Shown here: one piece after another, positions 25,081-39,124 of the stretch
Layout of the letters: each line of letters opens with the position of its first letter
Position numbering within the stretch: position 1 is the stretch's first letter
Position numbers and translations under genes: made by a program
DNA from: Octopus sinensis
Taxonomy: Eukaryota
Assembly: GCF_006345805.1 (NCBI RefSeq)
Contig: NC_043003.1
Location: forward strand, 49,290,001-49,354,000
Length of the DNA: 64,000 bases
Direction of reading: 5' to 3'
The notes under the pieces: generated by a model
Databases searched by the model: none
Told to the model about the DNA's origin: nothing
The model's input: the letters and a program-made list of their open reading frames with translations, nothing else

Positions 25081-25810
25081 AACATATACACATACACATA
25101 TATATGTATACTTATTTATAAGCATATATGTATATAACCGTGTGTGTATATATATGAACGTATGTTTATATATGCATATATATCTATGTATGCATTTATG
25201 TATATACATATATACGTATATATATGTATATAAATATGCATGCTTCTATGTGTATCTATATCTATGTACATGTATACATATCCATTGATACACATACACA
25301 CACATATATAGTTGCGATTGTAATCTGAGAAGATAACGTTTGCTTATGGGAATTGCTATGTGTAACGCTGTTCTTATTCGTCGTGTACAATTCTTTTCCA
25401 ATCTGTGATAGATTTATGTATCAATACTCCGGAGATGAATAAGTGTTGAACATTTTTTCTCACCTATAATATCCGTAGAGAGTTCTTTAGTTAATAATGT
25501 ACACAGCAAAATATTCTGTTATGCGAAAGGTTTTATTTTGGTTATCTGTATCATGCTCATCTTCATAAGTTTAGCTTATTTTCGTTTTCATGTTAGATTC
25601 AAAAGTTTCAGTTCTTTTCCAAAAACTATTTCTACGTATTTCGATCTTCTAACATCCACTATCAAATCTACTCGCTTCGAGTAGAGAGTGGAAATATCCG
25701 GTATTTAACACAAATACTTCTTGGGGGAGACAGCGAAGTTTTTCATCTTTTGATTCAGAGGATGTTAAGCTTTGCCCCCGTTTTAATTACTTTCTTGACA
25801 ACTTTTTTTT

Positions 25811-25837
25811 CTGAAGAAGGATTCTTTCCGAAACGTT
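25811..25837 (+). ncRNA. Minimal hammerhead core motif (PLE-type); stem I not formed
   Basis: CTGAAGA-a-GGA-ttctt-TCC-GAAAC-GTT. Confidence 0.45.
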
Positions 25838-25965
25838 GGATTTTCTAATCCTCTCAGCAAGTTTGCTGTACTCTTTGGGTCGATACTATTAAATAATACA
25901 AGTCTTGTCCATGTAGACCAACCCTAATCTCCTGGAGTCTGTTTGGTCGTATGTTTGTGTGTGTG

Positions 25966-26009
<44 letters not shown>

Positions 26010-26137
26010 ATGTATATATATATATATATATATAAACATTACGGGAATTAATTATTTAGTGTAAGTTTTACCCCTATCTATAAATGTATAAATTACCATT
26101 TTTTATGTCTAACGTAAGTTAACAGTATTTAAAAAGA

Positions 26138-26381
26138 TTATTTAGTAATTGTTTCTGTTTTTAAACTCCACATTCGAGTTATCTCTATTTCCAGGTCTTT
26201 GTATATTGAAAGTTTCTCCATTTCTTTTTGAGAATTAATATATCGATTAGAAAGCATTTTTTCTTGATGACCTCTGACAAGTATATCCGGCCTATTGGTC
26301 TTAATTTCTCGGTGTATTGGCATATCCCATAGTATGCTTGCTTTCTCATTTTCTGTGAGGTTTTCTGGTGTGTGCCTATAC

Positions 26382-26385
<4 letters not shown>
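26138..26385 (-). mobile_element. RLE-type (R4/Dong-like) non-LTR fragment
   Basis: YRHTPENLTENEKASILWDMPIH.REIKTNRPDILVR..EMEKLSIYKDLEIEITRMWSLKTETI. Confidence 0.8.
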
Positions 26386-26424
<39 letters not shown>

Positions 26425-26467
26425 GTTATCATTATTGTTATCGTCATCGTCATCATCATCATCATCA

Positions 26468-26514
<47 letters not shown>

Positions 26515-26515
26515 T
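26385..26515. repeat. (ATT)n/(CAT)n microsatellite
   Basis: Direct reading. Confidence 0.95.
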
Positions 26516-26518
26516 ACT

Positions 26519-26729
26519 AAGGCTGAGAGCTAGCACAATCGTTAGCACACCGGGCAAAATGCTTAGTGGCATTTCGTCCATCTTCACGTCCTGAGTTCAA
26601 ATTCCGCCGAGGTCGACTTTGCCTTTCATCCTTTCGCGGTCGATAAATTAAATCCCAGTGAAAACACTGGATTAGATGTAATCGACTAGTCCGCTCCCAC
26701 AATATTTCAGGACTTGTGTCTTTAGTAGA

Positions 26730-26735
<6 letters not shown>
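26519..26735 (+). mobile_element. SINE family A, full length, (ATT)n tail
   Basis: gagctagcacaatcgttagc..gagttcaaattcc (B box)..gactttgcctttcatcctttc.cggtcgataaatt..gtagaaagtattatt. Confidence 0.88.
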
Positions 26736-26766
<31 letters not shown>

Positions 26767-27654
26767 GTTGTTGTTGTGTTGTTGTTGTTGTTGTTATTAT
26801 TATTATTAGTGTGAACTCTTTAGTTTATATGTGTTCAACTCTACAACATCATTTTGTAACTCGAATAAAGCAGATTTGTAGTTATATTATTGCTGATATT
26901 TTTGGCAAAATATGGGCAATTCCTAGGAGCACTATGTTCTGAACTTCAGATATGGTTTAGCAGGCAATTGTTCGATTTTGTGATTTGCATTACGCTTCAC
27001 TACTTCCAACGGTCTCATAATTACGTAATTATATCTATTTTCAGATTTTTCATGTTTGGATAGTTCTTTTTTATTTTCAACCTCTTTTACTGTGATGCTA
27101 TTTATTGTCTGTTGGGCAAGTAACATCAATTAATGTACAAGATCTGGATATCTCGCAGTCGATTATATCGACTGCATCCTATAACAAATAGTAATTTGTT
27201 GTCTTATGCCAATGATAGAAATCCTCATTATTGCTATTACTTCAAACTTCTCAAAAGATGATAACCAAATTGACAACTTATTACAAACTACGGATTTTGG
27301 CAAGGGTTATTTATATAAACATAGATGTAGAGAAATCTGCAAAGGCTATATTGAAGAGAGGAAGAGAAGAGGAAGAGCATAAGAGCATATAAAGTGTAGT
27401 TAGATCTTGAAATAAGAAATTATGGAATAAGGACAAGCCTACAATTATCTAGGAATAAATGGACATGATTAGGATATATCATTCCAAAATGAAAGAGAAT
27501 ATTTTAGTACCGAGGACAGGAGAAAATTGTAAGAATAAAGTAATATGCTACGGCTTTGATGTTTGAAATTAGAAATTGAACGACGGAGATTTGATAATAA
27601 AAAAGAAAAGAAAAATGATAAAATTAATTATTATCTTTTATCTTTATCTCGGCG

Positions 27655-27975
27655 GCATCCCAGTATGGAATGCAGCCATGCTGGAATAACCGTCTTGACG
27701 TGTTAAGACGAATAAATCGACCTCTACACTAATTTTGAAGTCTGGTATTTGCCGGGATCCACTGCCAAACTACTAAATTACGGGGACGTAAGGAAACAGA
27801 CGCCGGTTGTCTAGTAGAGGAGGAGGGGCAAATAATATAAATACAAAGACACAGACACATATACAAATCTACCATCTACCAAACGCGTTCACAAGACATT
27901 GGTCGGCCCGGGTTTATAGTAGCAGACATTTGCCCAAGGTGCTACGTAGTGGGACTGAACATGAAACCACGTTGC
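27655..27975 (-). mobile_element. SINE family B, degenerate
   Basis: acggggacgtaa..; catttgcccaaggtgctacgtagtgggactgaac (reverse complement of the head/CORE). Confidence 0.7.
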
Positions 27976-28714
27976 TAATCATTAGATCAACTAAGATCTA
28001 CTACTGAAAGCATATTTTAAGATTAGATATATTCCTATGGACAAGAGAGAAGAGAACGGCGATTTATTTAGCAGAGGCGCCAAATCACTATAAAATCCAA
28101 ATTTGTATGGCTCTCATTTTAGTACCAACCAAATTGACCTAAAATGAGATCGATCTTTAACATGCGTATATGATTGCTCATTTTAGGACATAGATTTCAA
28201 ACAAGTAGCTTTATGCTAGTATCAGAAGACTAAGCTGTGTCCCCATCAACGTCGGTACTTTGGGCAATTTGTAAAAGGCCAAGAAATCTACTATAGTCAT
28301 TTAACAGATTTTTAGAGTCTATTCTGAACCTGTACTTTCGTTGCTAGGCTACATGAACAATATTTGTATGGATGGCTAACCAATAACGCCTATCAACAAA
28401 AGTAGGTAGCTCTTTACACTCACTAAGGTTTAGAAAATTGCTATAGGTTGTCTTACAATAGATTAACAGAAGTATATAGGAGAGAATAGCTGTAGACTAT
28501 TACACACACGAAAAACAAGAATGATCGTAAATATAACAAACAAAATAGAGTATGAAAGGAGTAAGAAAAACGAAAGGAATTTTTGCCATAAAACATAATA
28601 TTAAGGATAAAAGGAAAATGGTAAACTCAGCGGGAAAATTCAATATCATATCGAAGTCGAAAAAGTAAAAAATTTGATTTCGAAACAAGGTCATCAATTT
28701 TAAGGGAGGCGACA

Positions 28715-29316
28715 TTCAACTGGTACTTATTTCATTAACCCCGAAAGGATGAAAGGTAAAGTCGGCCTCGGCAGAATTTGAACTCAGAACGTGAATAGGG
28801 GAGAAATACCGCAAGTCATTTTGTCCGGCTTGTTAACGATTCTGCTTGTTAACGATTGAAAGAATTAAACATTTGTTCTACTATAGGCACAAGGGTTGAA
28901 ATATTGGGAGAGGGGGCAGGTCGATGACATCGACCCCAGTTCTCAACAGGTACTTATTTTATCGACTCCGAAAGGATGAAAGATAAAGACGGCCTCGGCG
29001 TAATTTGAACTCATAACGTGGAGACGGATGAGATATTGCTAAGCGTTTCACCCAGAGTGCTAACGATTCTGCCAGTCCGCTGATTTAAAGAGTTAAAATA
29101 TTCTTTTCTACTCTAGGCACAAAGTATGAAATTTTTTGGGAAGAGGCCAGAAGATTAGATCGACCCCAGTACGCAACTGGTACTTAATTTATCAACCCCG
29201 AAAGGATATAAGGAAAAGTCAACGTCGGAAAAATTTGAACTCAGAATGTAAAGATAGACGAAATACCGCTAAGCATTTTGACCGGCGTGGTAACGTTACT
29301 GCTAGTACGCCGTCTT
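28715..29316 (-). mobile_element. Stack of three family A SINEs (28715-28845, 28874-29084, 29103-29316)
   Basis: Each carries ccgaaagga..aaag..atttgaactca; they are separated by the repeated spacer tt(a/g)aaaga..taaa.att. Confidence 0.85.
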
Positions 29317-29964
29317 AAAGAGCTAAAATATTAACAAGGTTCATACTTCTGGCTCCGTAGACTAGATTTAAATGCAGAGGCTACTATATACGAAAATAGT
29401 ACTTCGTTAGTCTAAAGGAAGAATCCTCAGTGTAACTACTCGATTTTTTAGAAATAAAAATCAAATCTTTGTCCAGTAACACTCAACCATCTTAGAAAAA
29501 CAAAGGGTACATTGGATAAAATGGTCCTAGATATCTTAAACAGAGGGGATGATCACAAATGGAATGTCTTTGATCATGTCTTTTCAACAGAGTTGTGAAA
29601 AATTAAAAGAAAACATTAATTACAATCCATGAAAGATTTTAAGAAACTGGTTGTGTTGGCGACCGCTCGACCTGTTAGAAACAACAGCAGCTAAATCGCC
29701 TTCAAATTGCAACCTACTATCTTCTTGTGTATCCAGGATAATGTAGTCCTAGATACTCTCTTCTTTACAAAATCAGATCAATGAATAACCCTAGGGGTCT
29801 TCCTTAAGAGGCTCTTCTCTCTATGATTGGCTTTGATCAGTTCTGGGCCGGTGTTGTGTAGTTCAGTTTCCCATCTATTGTTTTATGCTATCAAGCCTCC
29901 CCACTACTGTCATAGTCTTCCAAGCCAACGCCTGGGATAGCAGTTTCTAGTTCAGGCACAAGAC

Positions 29965-30150
29965 CATAATTTTGAGAGAAGGTGAACTGATGTCATCGAC
30001 CCTAGACCTGACTGGTAATTATTTTATCAACCCCGAAAAAAAATGAAAGGCAAAACTTACTTCCGTGAAATTTGAACTCAGAACCTATAGAGCTGGAAGA
30101 AATACTACAAAGCAGTTTTTCAAATGCAGAAACGATTTTGCCTAACGTCC
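29965..30150 (-). mobile_element. SINE family A, degenerate
   Basis: catcgaccc..ctggtaattattttatcaacccc..atgaaaggcaaa..atttgaactcagaac. Confidence 0.7.
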
Positions 30151-31055
30151 TTGCCTAGAATAACACCTAAAATAAAGACGGGTGAGCAATTACGTCTTAA
30201 ACACATTTCATAAAACGGTAAGACTCAGTTAGGTTTGGCTTGGTGCTAAACAGCAGCAACAGCCGTCCAAGAATTTGGACCTGGACATCTCCATTTCCAG
30301 AGACTTCCACTTCCAAGTGGCGTTGGGCGTCAAGGAAGAGCCCTCGACTACAACAAGACGACCAAAGTTTTTTTTCCAAGGTCTGGGGTCTCCCGCCCCT
30401 AAGCCCTAGACCATCAACTAATCACCCTTACCCGTCTTGCTGCTTAACAACAGCAACAACAACAACAGCAACAGCAAAAGCAGCAGCAGCAGCAAAAAAG
30501 ACAAGAAGGAAAAAACAGGAATGGAACTATCTGATTATAATCTATATTATTCTGTTCGTCATGAAGTTCTGGTGTTACATAATAAGCAATTTTAACTATC
30601 GAACGAAATCGAAGACATACTTGAATCTGTAATATAATGAAGCAATGTCTGGAGGAAGATTTATATATTTATGTATCAAAATAGAAATAATGTATATAAA
30701 GAATGTAATTTCCAAAGGTTCTGTTTCGAGAAATAAACAGAATATTGAGGCCGAACAACAAGTCGATGGTCTAGGAAGGATAAAGAAATACGCAAATAAT
30801 TATAGTTATGATACTAGAAGTTATGTAAACTGTAGCGAATACATTAATATTGTAAGACAGAGCACACATAAAGATTGCATACACTGATATCTGTTCATGC
30901 ATATCTATATGTATATGTGAGTATCCGTGTGTGTGCAGGTGTGCGTGTGTGCATGTGTGTGTGTGAGTGCATTTATAAGAGGTATACATGAACATCGATT
31001 AATACATTACAGCATTGTAAGACAGAGCTCACATATTAAACTATCTGTCTATTTA

Positions 31056-32272
31056 TCAGGTTGTCAAGAAAGATATAGCGGCTTTTAACCTTTAAATTCA
31101 GGTGCACATATCTCGGTTCAAACAAAACTTTATTAATCGAAATAACACCATCAGAATCAACACACTTTTGCCAATGCGAAGCAAGTTTATTTATGCCAGT
31201 AGTGTAAAAATCATGCGTTCTGGTGGCGATGAAGTCGTTGAAGGCGTGTTTGGCATCGTCTTGGTTTTTGAAGCATTTCTCACGCAGGAAGTTGTCGAGA
31301 TGCTTGAAAAAGTGGTAGTCGGTAGGCGAGAGGTCTGGTGAGTATGGCGGATGAGGCAGAGTTTCCCAGCCCAATTCGTTCAACTTTTGCAGGGCGTTGT
31401 CGTGGAGAATAATTGGTCCTTTTCAATTGACCATTGCTGGCTGTTGGAGTTTCTTCTGCATTTCATCTATTTGCTGACAGTACTTCGCCGTAATTGTTTC
31501 CAAAAAGCTGTGATGGATGAGACCGGCCGCAGACCACCAAATAGTCACCATGACCTTCTTTTGATGCAACTTTGGCTTCTGGAAGTCCCGTGGAGCTTCG
31601 TTGGCGTTCAACCACTGAGTTGAGCGTCACCGGTTGTCGTAAAGAATCCACGTTTCATCGCAAGTCACAATCCAGCAGAGAAAAGGGTCGTTCTTGCTGC
31701 GTAAAAAAATGGAAGACGACACTTTTTTTTTGGCGGGGGGGGGGGGTGTTCAATTCATGCGGCACCCATTTCTCAAGTTTTAAAAAATTTTTCCAATCTC
31801 TTTCAAGTGGTTGGAAATTGTCGTATACGTTACGCCTAATTCAGAAGCAAGCTCTCGAACAGTTTTGAGTGGAATGGCTTTGACATCCGATGGCCGACCA
31901 CTACGCTTATCATCTTCAAGACTCCTGTTACCGCTACGAAATTTCTTGAACCACCATTGTGCTGTACGTTCATTAGTGGTTCCTGGGCCATACGCATCGT
32001 TGATATCACGAGCTGTTTCAGCAGCTTTTCCGCCTAGCTTGAATTGGAATGAGAAAAATTGTGCGAATTTGATTTTTGTCCATGTTGTATTCAACGTTCC
32101 GGAAAAAATGGCCTAATTATTTAAAAAGTAAAAAGAGTAACACGATTAAACAGACCGAAAAACGGGCTTTAAAATGATATATAAAGCCAAAGTAATATTT
32201 AAAAATTAATTTTAAAATACATCATTTAAAACCAAAATGAAAAATTCCGCAAGAACTTTCTTGACAACCTAA
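31056..32272 (-). mobile_element. Mariner DNA transposon, Hsmar1-like (cecropia subfamily), disabled, both TIRs and TA TSD
   Basis: 26-bp TIRs at 31056-31081 and 32247-32272 (4 mismatches) with flanking TA. KAAETARDINDAYGPGTTNERTAQWWFKKFRSG, TCDETWILYDNRR, HQKKVMVTIWWSAAG, PHPPYSPDLSPTDYHFFKHLDNFL, RWQKCVD-like end; multiple indels. Confidence 0.93.
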
Positions 32273-32307
32273 TATATTCTCTGTGTGTGCCTGCCTGCCT
32301 GCCTGAC

Positions 32308-32419
<112 letters not shown>

Positions 32420-32538
32420 TCAATATATATATATATATATATAGATATATAAATGTATATATATATACATATGTGTGTGTTTGTGTGTATATATGTATTA
32501 TATAAATATATATACATACACACACGTACATACACACA

Positions 32539-32582
<44 letters not shown>

Positions 32583-33384
32583 ATGTATATACATACACAG
32601 ACAATTTATATGTATGTGTACATACATATTTACACCCACTCACACATACGCACACGCATGTATATATTTACGTATGTAGTAAGCATACAAACACATGGAC
32701 ACATGTATACATATATATATACATATATGTATGTATCTCATATATATCATAGGAGTTGACTTAATAATAATTACGACTATTGCTTGTTAATGAGCTCTAA
32801 AGCTAAGATGACTCTTTAGCCCCAGCTGAAGATCAGCTTTCACTATAACTCTTACGTAAATGTCTACTCATTCAATTTGCTATACAAAATCATGACATTT
32901 GCCATTGTGTACAGACGTGTCTCTTCAGACCACCAATAAGAAAGACAACATTTATTACACGATTAGCAGACATGTTTCTCGCAGGTGGCAATAATTTATT
33001 GTTAACTTGCATTGTTTCATTCATACTACCTTGAATGGCTAACAAGACCAGCCAACGAAAATTCAAACTCGGTTACAAGTTGAACGCTTGGCGGAATTAT
33101 AGATATTTTTATGGTTTCTTTTCGTTGAGTCACGCGTTAATTTTACGCATTTAATTCAATTCTCTTCAAATTGCACAAACACATTAAATGTATACTTTTC
33201 ATGATGCCCAATCAATTGATATTTTTTCTTAAAAATTTCCTCACGAATATTACCGTTTATCAGATCAGTCTTTAGAAGTCTTTGTATATTAACTTCTGTT
33301 TGCAAGGAGGTATTTTCCCAAAACCTAATTCTTCATAAAGTAAACGCTTTCGAATTCTTTCATATTTAATACGAAAGTGTGTAG

Positions 33385-33590
33385 TAGGATAGGATGATGC
33401 ATTGTGGTCTTGAGCAAGACACTTCATCTCACGTTCTGCAAACACTTCGACGTGTGGCACGCCGTACATTTGCACAAGCAGTATCAATATGATGGAATGA
33501 GTGAATTTATGTACAGCACAAACATATGGTCACTATAAACAAAATGTCTGTACAGGTTATTTAGTAAGAAGTTGCCGATATGTCTTTCTC
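33385..33590 (+). mobile_element. SINE family E (CORE-like), partial
   Basis: gtcttgagcaagacacttcatctcac..; related to 52567-52845. Confidence 0.55.
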
Positions 33591-33790
33591 GGAAACGAGA
33601 GACTGCCAACAACAATACAAACTTTACGACTTTCTAAAAATATACATTTTGTTTTTTGCCTTTCATTTGTTTCAGTCGTTGGACTGCGGCCTTGCTGGAG
33701 CATCGCCTTGAAGGGTTCAGTCGAGCAAATCAGTACTTATGTATTTTTATGTCTGCCACTAATTGTATCTTTAATTATTATTTTTTTGTC

Positions 33791-34102
33791 GAGGTGCAAT
33801 GGCCCAGTGGTTAGGGCAGCGGACTCGCAGTCGGAGGATCGCGGTTACGATTCCCAGACCGGGCGTTGTGTGTGTTTATTGAGCGAAAACACCTAATGCG
33901 CCACGAGCCTCCGGCAGGGGGTGGGGTGGCGTCCTTGTTGTACTCTTTCGGCCCAACTTTCTTTCACTCTTTCTTCCTGTTTCTTGAGTAACGCTGCGAT
34001 GGACTGGCATCCCGTCCAGCTGGGGGGAACACATACGCCACAGAAACTGGGAAACCGGGCCCATGAGCCTCGCTAGGTTTGAAAAGGGCGCATAAAAAAA
34101 AA
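33791..34102 (+). mobile_element. tRNA-headed SINE family D with a V-domain-like segment, nested in a minus-strand family B SINE
   Basis: A box tggcccagtgg (33800), B box ggttacgattcc, gcgatggactggcatcccgtccag, gaaaccggg..atgagcc, poly(A); TSD-like cactaatt(g/c)tatc at 33757-33769 and 34104-34116. Confidence 0.8.
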
Positions 34103-34197
34103 ACACTAATTCTATCGGTTTCTTTTACAGAATCGCTAAGTTACGAGAATATAAACAGACCAGAACCAGTTGTCAAGCAGTGGGTGGATAAAGACAA

Positions 34198-34228
<31 letters not shown>

Positions 34229-34482
34229 TACATACACACACAAGCAAACACACGCACACAGATCGTTCAGCTGTAGTTTCAATTCTAGCTCAAATATCTC
34301 ATTGTATCTTTGAGAAATTCATAAATTCATCATTTCACTTTACACTCACAAGAAAACGAGGCCCAGACGTTGACTAGGAGGAGGACTGGCGTCCCATCCA
34401 GGGGTTTGGAGTAATCTTGTGCTTTCAGCCTTGAAACCTTCAGGTGCACTCCAGTCTCACGAGCCTGAAACCTCAAGACAGA

Positions 34483-34840
34483 ATGTATGTATGTATGTAT
34501 GTATGTATGTATGTATGTATGTATGTATGTATGTATGTATGTATGTATGTATGTATGTATGTATGTATGTATGTATGTATGTATGATGTATGTATGTATG
34601 TATGTATGTATGTAGTATGTATGTATGTATGTATGTATGTATGTATGTATGTATGTATGTATGTATGTATGTATGTATGTATGTATGTATGTATGTATGT
34701 ATGTATGTATGTATGTATGTATGGTATGTATGTATGTATGTATTATGTATGTATGTATGTATATGTATGTATGTAGTATGTATGTATGTATGTAGGTATG
34801 TATGTATGTATGTATGTATGTATGTATGTATGTATGTATG
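34483..34840. repeat. (TATG)n microsatellite
   Basis: Direct reading. Confidence 0.95.
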
Positions 34841-35180
34841 TACTATCATACGTACTTGTATTTGTATATGTATATACGTCAAGAACAGAAGCAATAGTAA
34901 TAATAATGCGTTCTACTACTGGTACACAGCCTGAAATTTGGGGGAACGAGAAGCTAGTCAATTACATCGATCCCAGTGTTCAACTGGTACTTTTTTTATG
35001 GACCCCCACCTCCAAAAAAAAAAATGGAAAGGCGAAGTCGATTAGTGAAAGATATCGAAATGAGAAACGTTATCATTGCTGAAAGAAGTGAGCTTGAATC
35101 TATATAAACTGGTTAAAGTAATCAAAATGATACGCGCGCGCGCACAGATACACATATATGTACGTGCATATTATGTGTGC

Positions 35181-35480
35181 GGAGGCACATGGCCGAATGG
35201 TCAGAGAAGCGAACTCGCGGTCGAGGGATCGCGGGTTCGAATCTCAGATCGGGCAATGTGTGTGTTTATGAGCGAAACACCTAAGCCCCACGTGTCTCCG
35301 GCAGAAGGTAATGGTGAACTTCTGCTGACTCTTTCGTCACAAAATTCTCTCACTCTTTCCTCCTGCATCATGCAGCTCACCTGCGACGGACCGGCGTCCC
35401 GTCCAGGTAGGGAAACTATACGCCAAGGAAACCGGGAAACCGGCCCTGTAAGCCAGGCGTGGCTCGAGAAGGAACAAACA
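35181..35480 (+). mobile_element. SINE family D, second diverged copy
   Basis: A box tggccgaatgg, B box ggttcgaatct, gcgacggaccggcgtcccgtccagg, gaaaccgggaaaccggccc. Further fragments at 34385-34475 (+) and 43286-43360 (-). Confidence 0.8.
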
Positions 35481-36383
35481 TATTATGTGTGTGTGTGTGT
35501 GTGGAAGACATCCTTGCTGCATATAAAATGTGTGGTGAAAGAGAAGAGGCAGTCCTGCATAAAGTCTCTGAATAGGAAATGTTTGTTCAGAGGTTTATAA
35601 GAATTGGAGACATGACAAAGTTCCTATAATGTAGAAGTTTGGACTTGAGAATGGTGGAAAGTGTCATGACTTTGAAGCAGAACATATTCTTGAAACAATT
35701 ATGGATATGAAGCTGCACGTGCATAGACAAACTGAACATTTGCATTCAGATATTATACTACTCAATAAAGAGGAAAGAGAATGCTGCTTGCTAATTTGAT
35801 ACGAAAATGGGACACAAAAATAACGACGTGAGAAAAGAGGAGAAAAACAGAAGTAAATAAAGACATAAAATACGAAATTTATACAAGTTGGAATTACCGT
35901 AAATTTACTGTCACCCTGATGAGAAATAACTCTTTAAAAGCAGTGGAAAGAAGTTTAAGTAATTGGTTGAAAATGTCAAATACTGAGGTCAAGTTTCTAA
36001 TTAAAAGAATAAAATTATTGCTTGATTAGCAGAGCGAAATCCACAAGAAAGATAAAGACACTTTGCGGATGTAGCTGGATAGCTGGTAATCCAAAGCAAA
36101 CTACGATATCATGAATGAATACTAGATGCGTATATACAATAGTGGATTTGTTACGTTACAAAAATCCTTGGAAAAGTAAGTGGTCACCGTAAACCTCCAT
36201 CATTCCTTTTATATAAATGCAGGGCTTCGTGCGTTTGGGAGAAGTTATGTTACGGATACTACTTAACCTCAGGCCTTATCTAATAGACCAGACCTATGAA
36301 CAAAATCATTCCAGCCGATGTATTCCGTCTATTCTTTCCAGACACACACATCATATACTCTGCTCTCTCATACTGCGTAGTAC

Positions 36384-38221
<1,838 letters not shown>

Positions 38222-38245
38222 TGTATGTATATATATATATATATA

Positions 38246-38279
<34 letters not shown>

Positions 38280-38362
38280 TATATATATATATATATGTAT
38301 ATATGTATATATGTATATATGTATATATCTATATCTATCTATCATCTATCTATCTATCTATC

Positions 38363-38393
<31 letters not shown>

Positions 38394-38414
38394 AATCTCT
38401 CTCTATAGGTATAT

Positions 38415-38465
<51 letters not shown>

Positions 38466-38473
38466 ATATATAT

Positions 38474-38529
<56 letters not shown>

Positions 38530-38530
<1 letters not shown>

Positions 38531-38725
38531 GCAAGCGTGGCTATGTGGTAAGAAGCTTGCTTCTCAACCACATGGTTCCGGGTTCAGTCCCACAGCGTGG
38601 AATCTTGGGTAAGTGTTTTGTAATATAGCCTCGGGCCTACCAAAGCCTTGTGAGTGGATTTGGTATACAGAATCTGAAAGAAGCCCATCGTATATACATA
38701 CAGACACAGAGACACAGACACACAC

Positions 38726-38769
<44 letters not shown>

Positions 38770-39013
38770 GTGCGTGTGTGTGTGTGTGTGTGCATGTGCC
38801 TGTGTTTGTCCCCATGCCATCGTCTGACAAACGATGTTGGTGTGTTTACGTCCCCGTAACTTAGCGGTTCGGCTAAACAAATCGATAGAATAAGTACCAA
38901 GCTTAAAAAGAATAAGTCCTGGGGTTCAATTTGTTCGACTAAAATCCATTAAGGTGTTGCTCCAGCATGACCACAGTTAAATTACTAAAACAAGTAAAAG
39001 AATAAAAGAATAA
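38530..39013 (+). mobile_element. SINE family B, full length
   Basis: Head ggctatgtggtaagaagcttgc..gggttcagtccc; tail gttgctccagcatgaccacag..caagtaaaagaataaaaga. Confidence 0.88.
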
Positions 39014-39124
39014 AACGTTCTATATAAATATATATATATTTGCGCTGACGACGGATATACATATATATATATATATATTTATATGTATATATATACACAC
39101 ACATACACATTCCTGTTCTTTATC

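Noticed and set aside
27045-27119. Candidate 75-nt exon (ttttcag|..VMLFIVCWA|gtaaca) resembling GPCR TM6
   Set aside because: A single short motif without the conserved Pro, a weak donor and no partner exons found; expected by chance in AT-rich DNA.
28856-29332. CRISPR-like repeat-spacer array
   Set aside because: The spacers are ~210-bp SINE copies, the repeats are imperfect AT-rich TSD-like sequences, and the context is eukaryotic.
30197-30632. GC-richer ORFs (LDLDISIS.., 130 aa) as an exon or RT relic
   Set aside because: No domain recognised beyond a short FLD-like resemblance; the ORF ends in (CAA/CAG)n repeats.
33791-33860. tRNA gene
   Set aside because: A and B boxes are present but there is no acceptor stem and it continues into a SINE body. 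The same applies to the other SINE heads.
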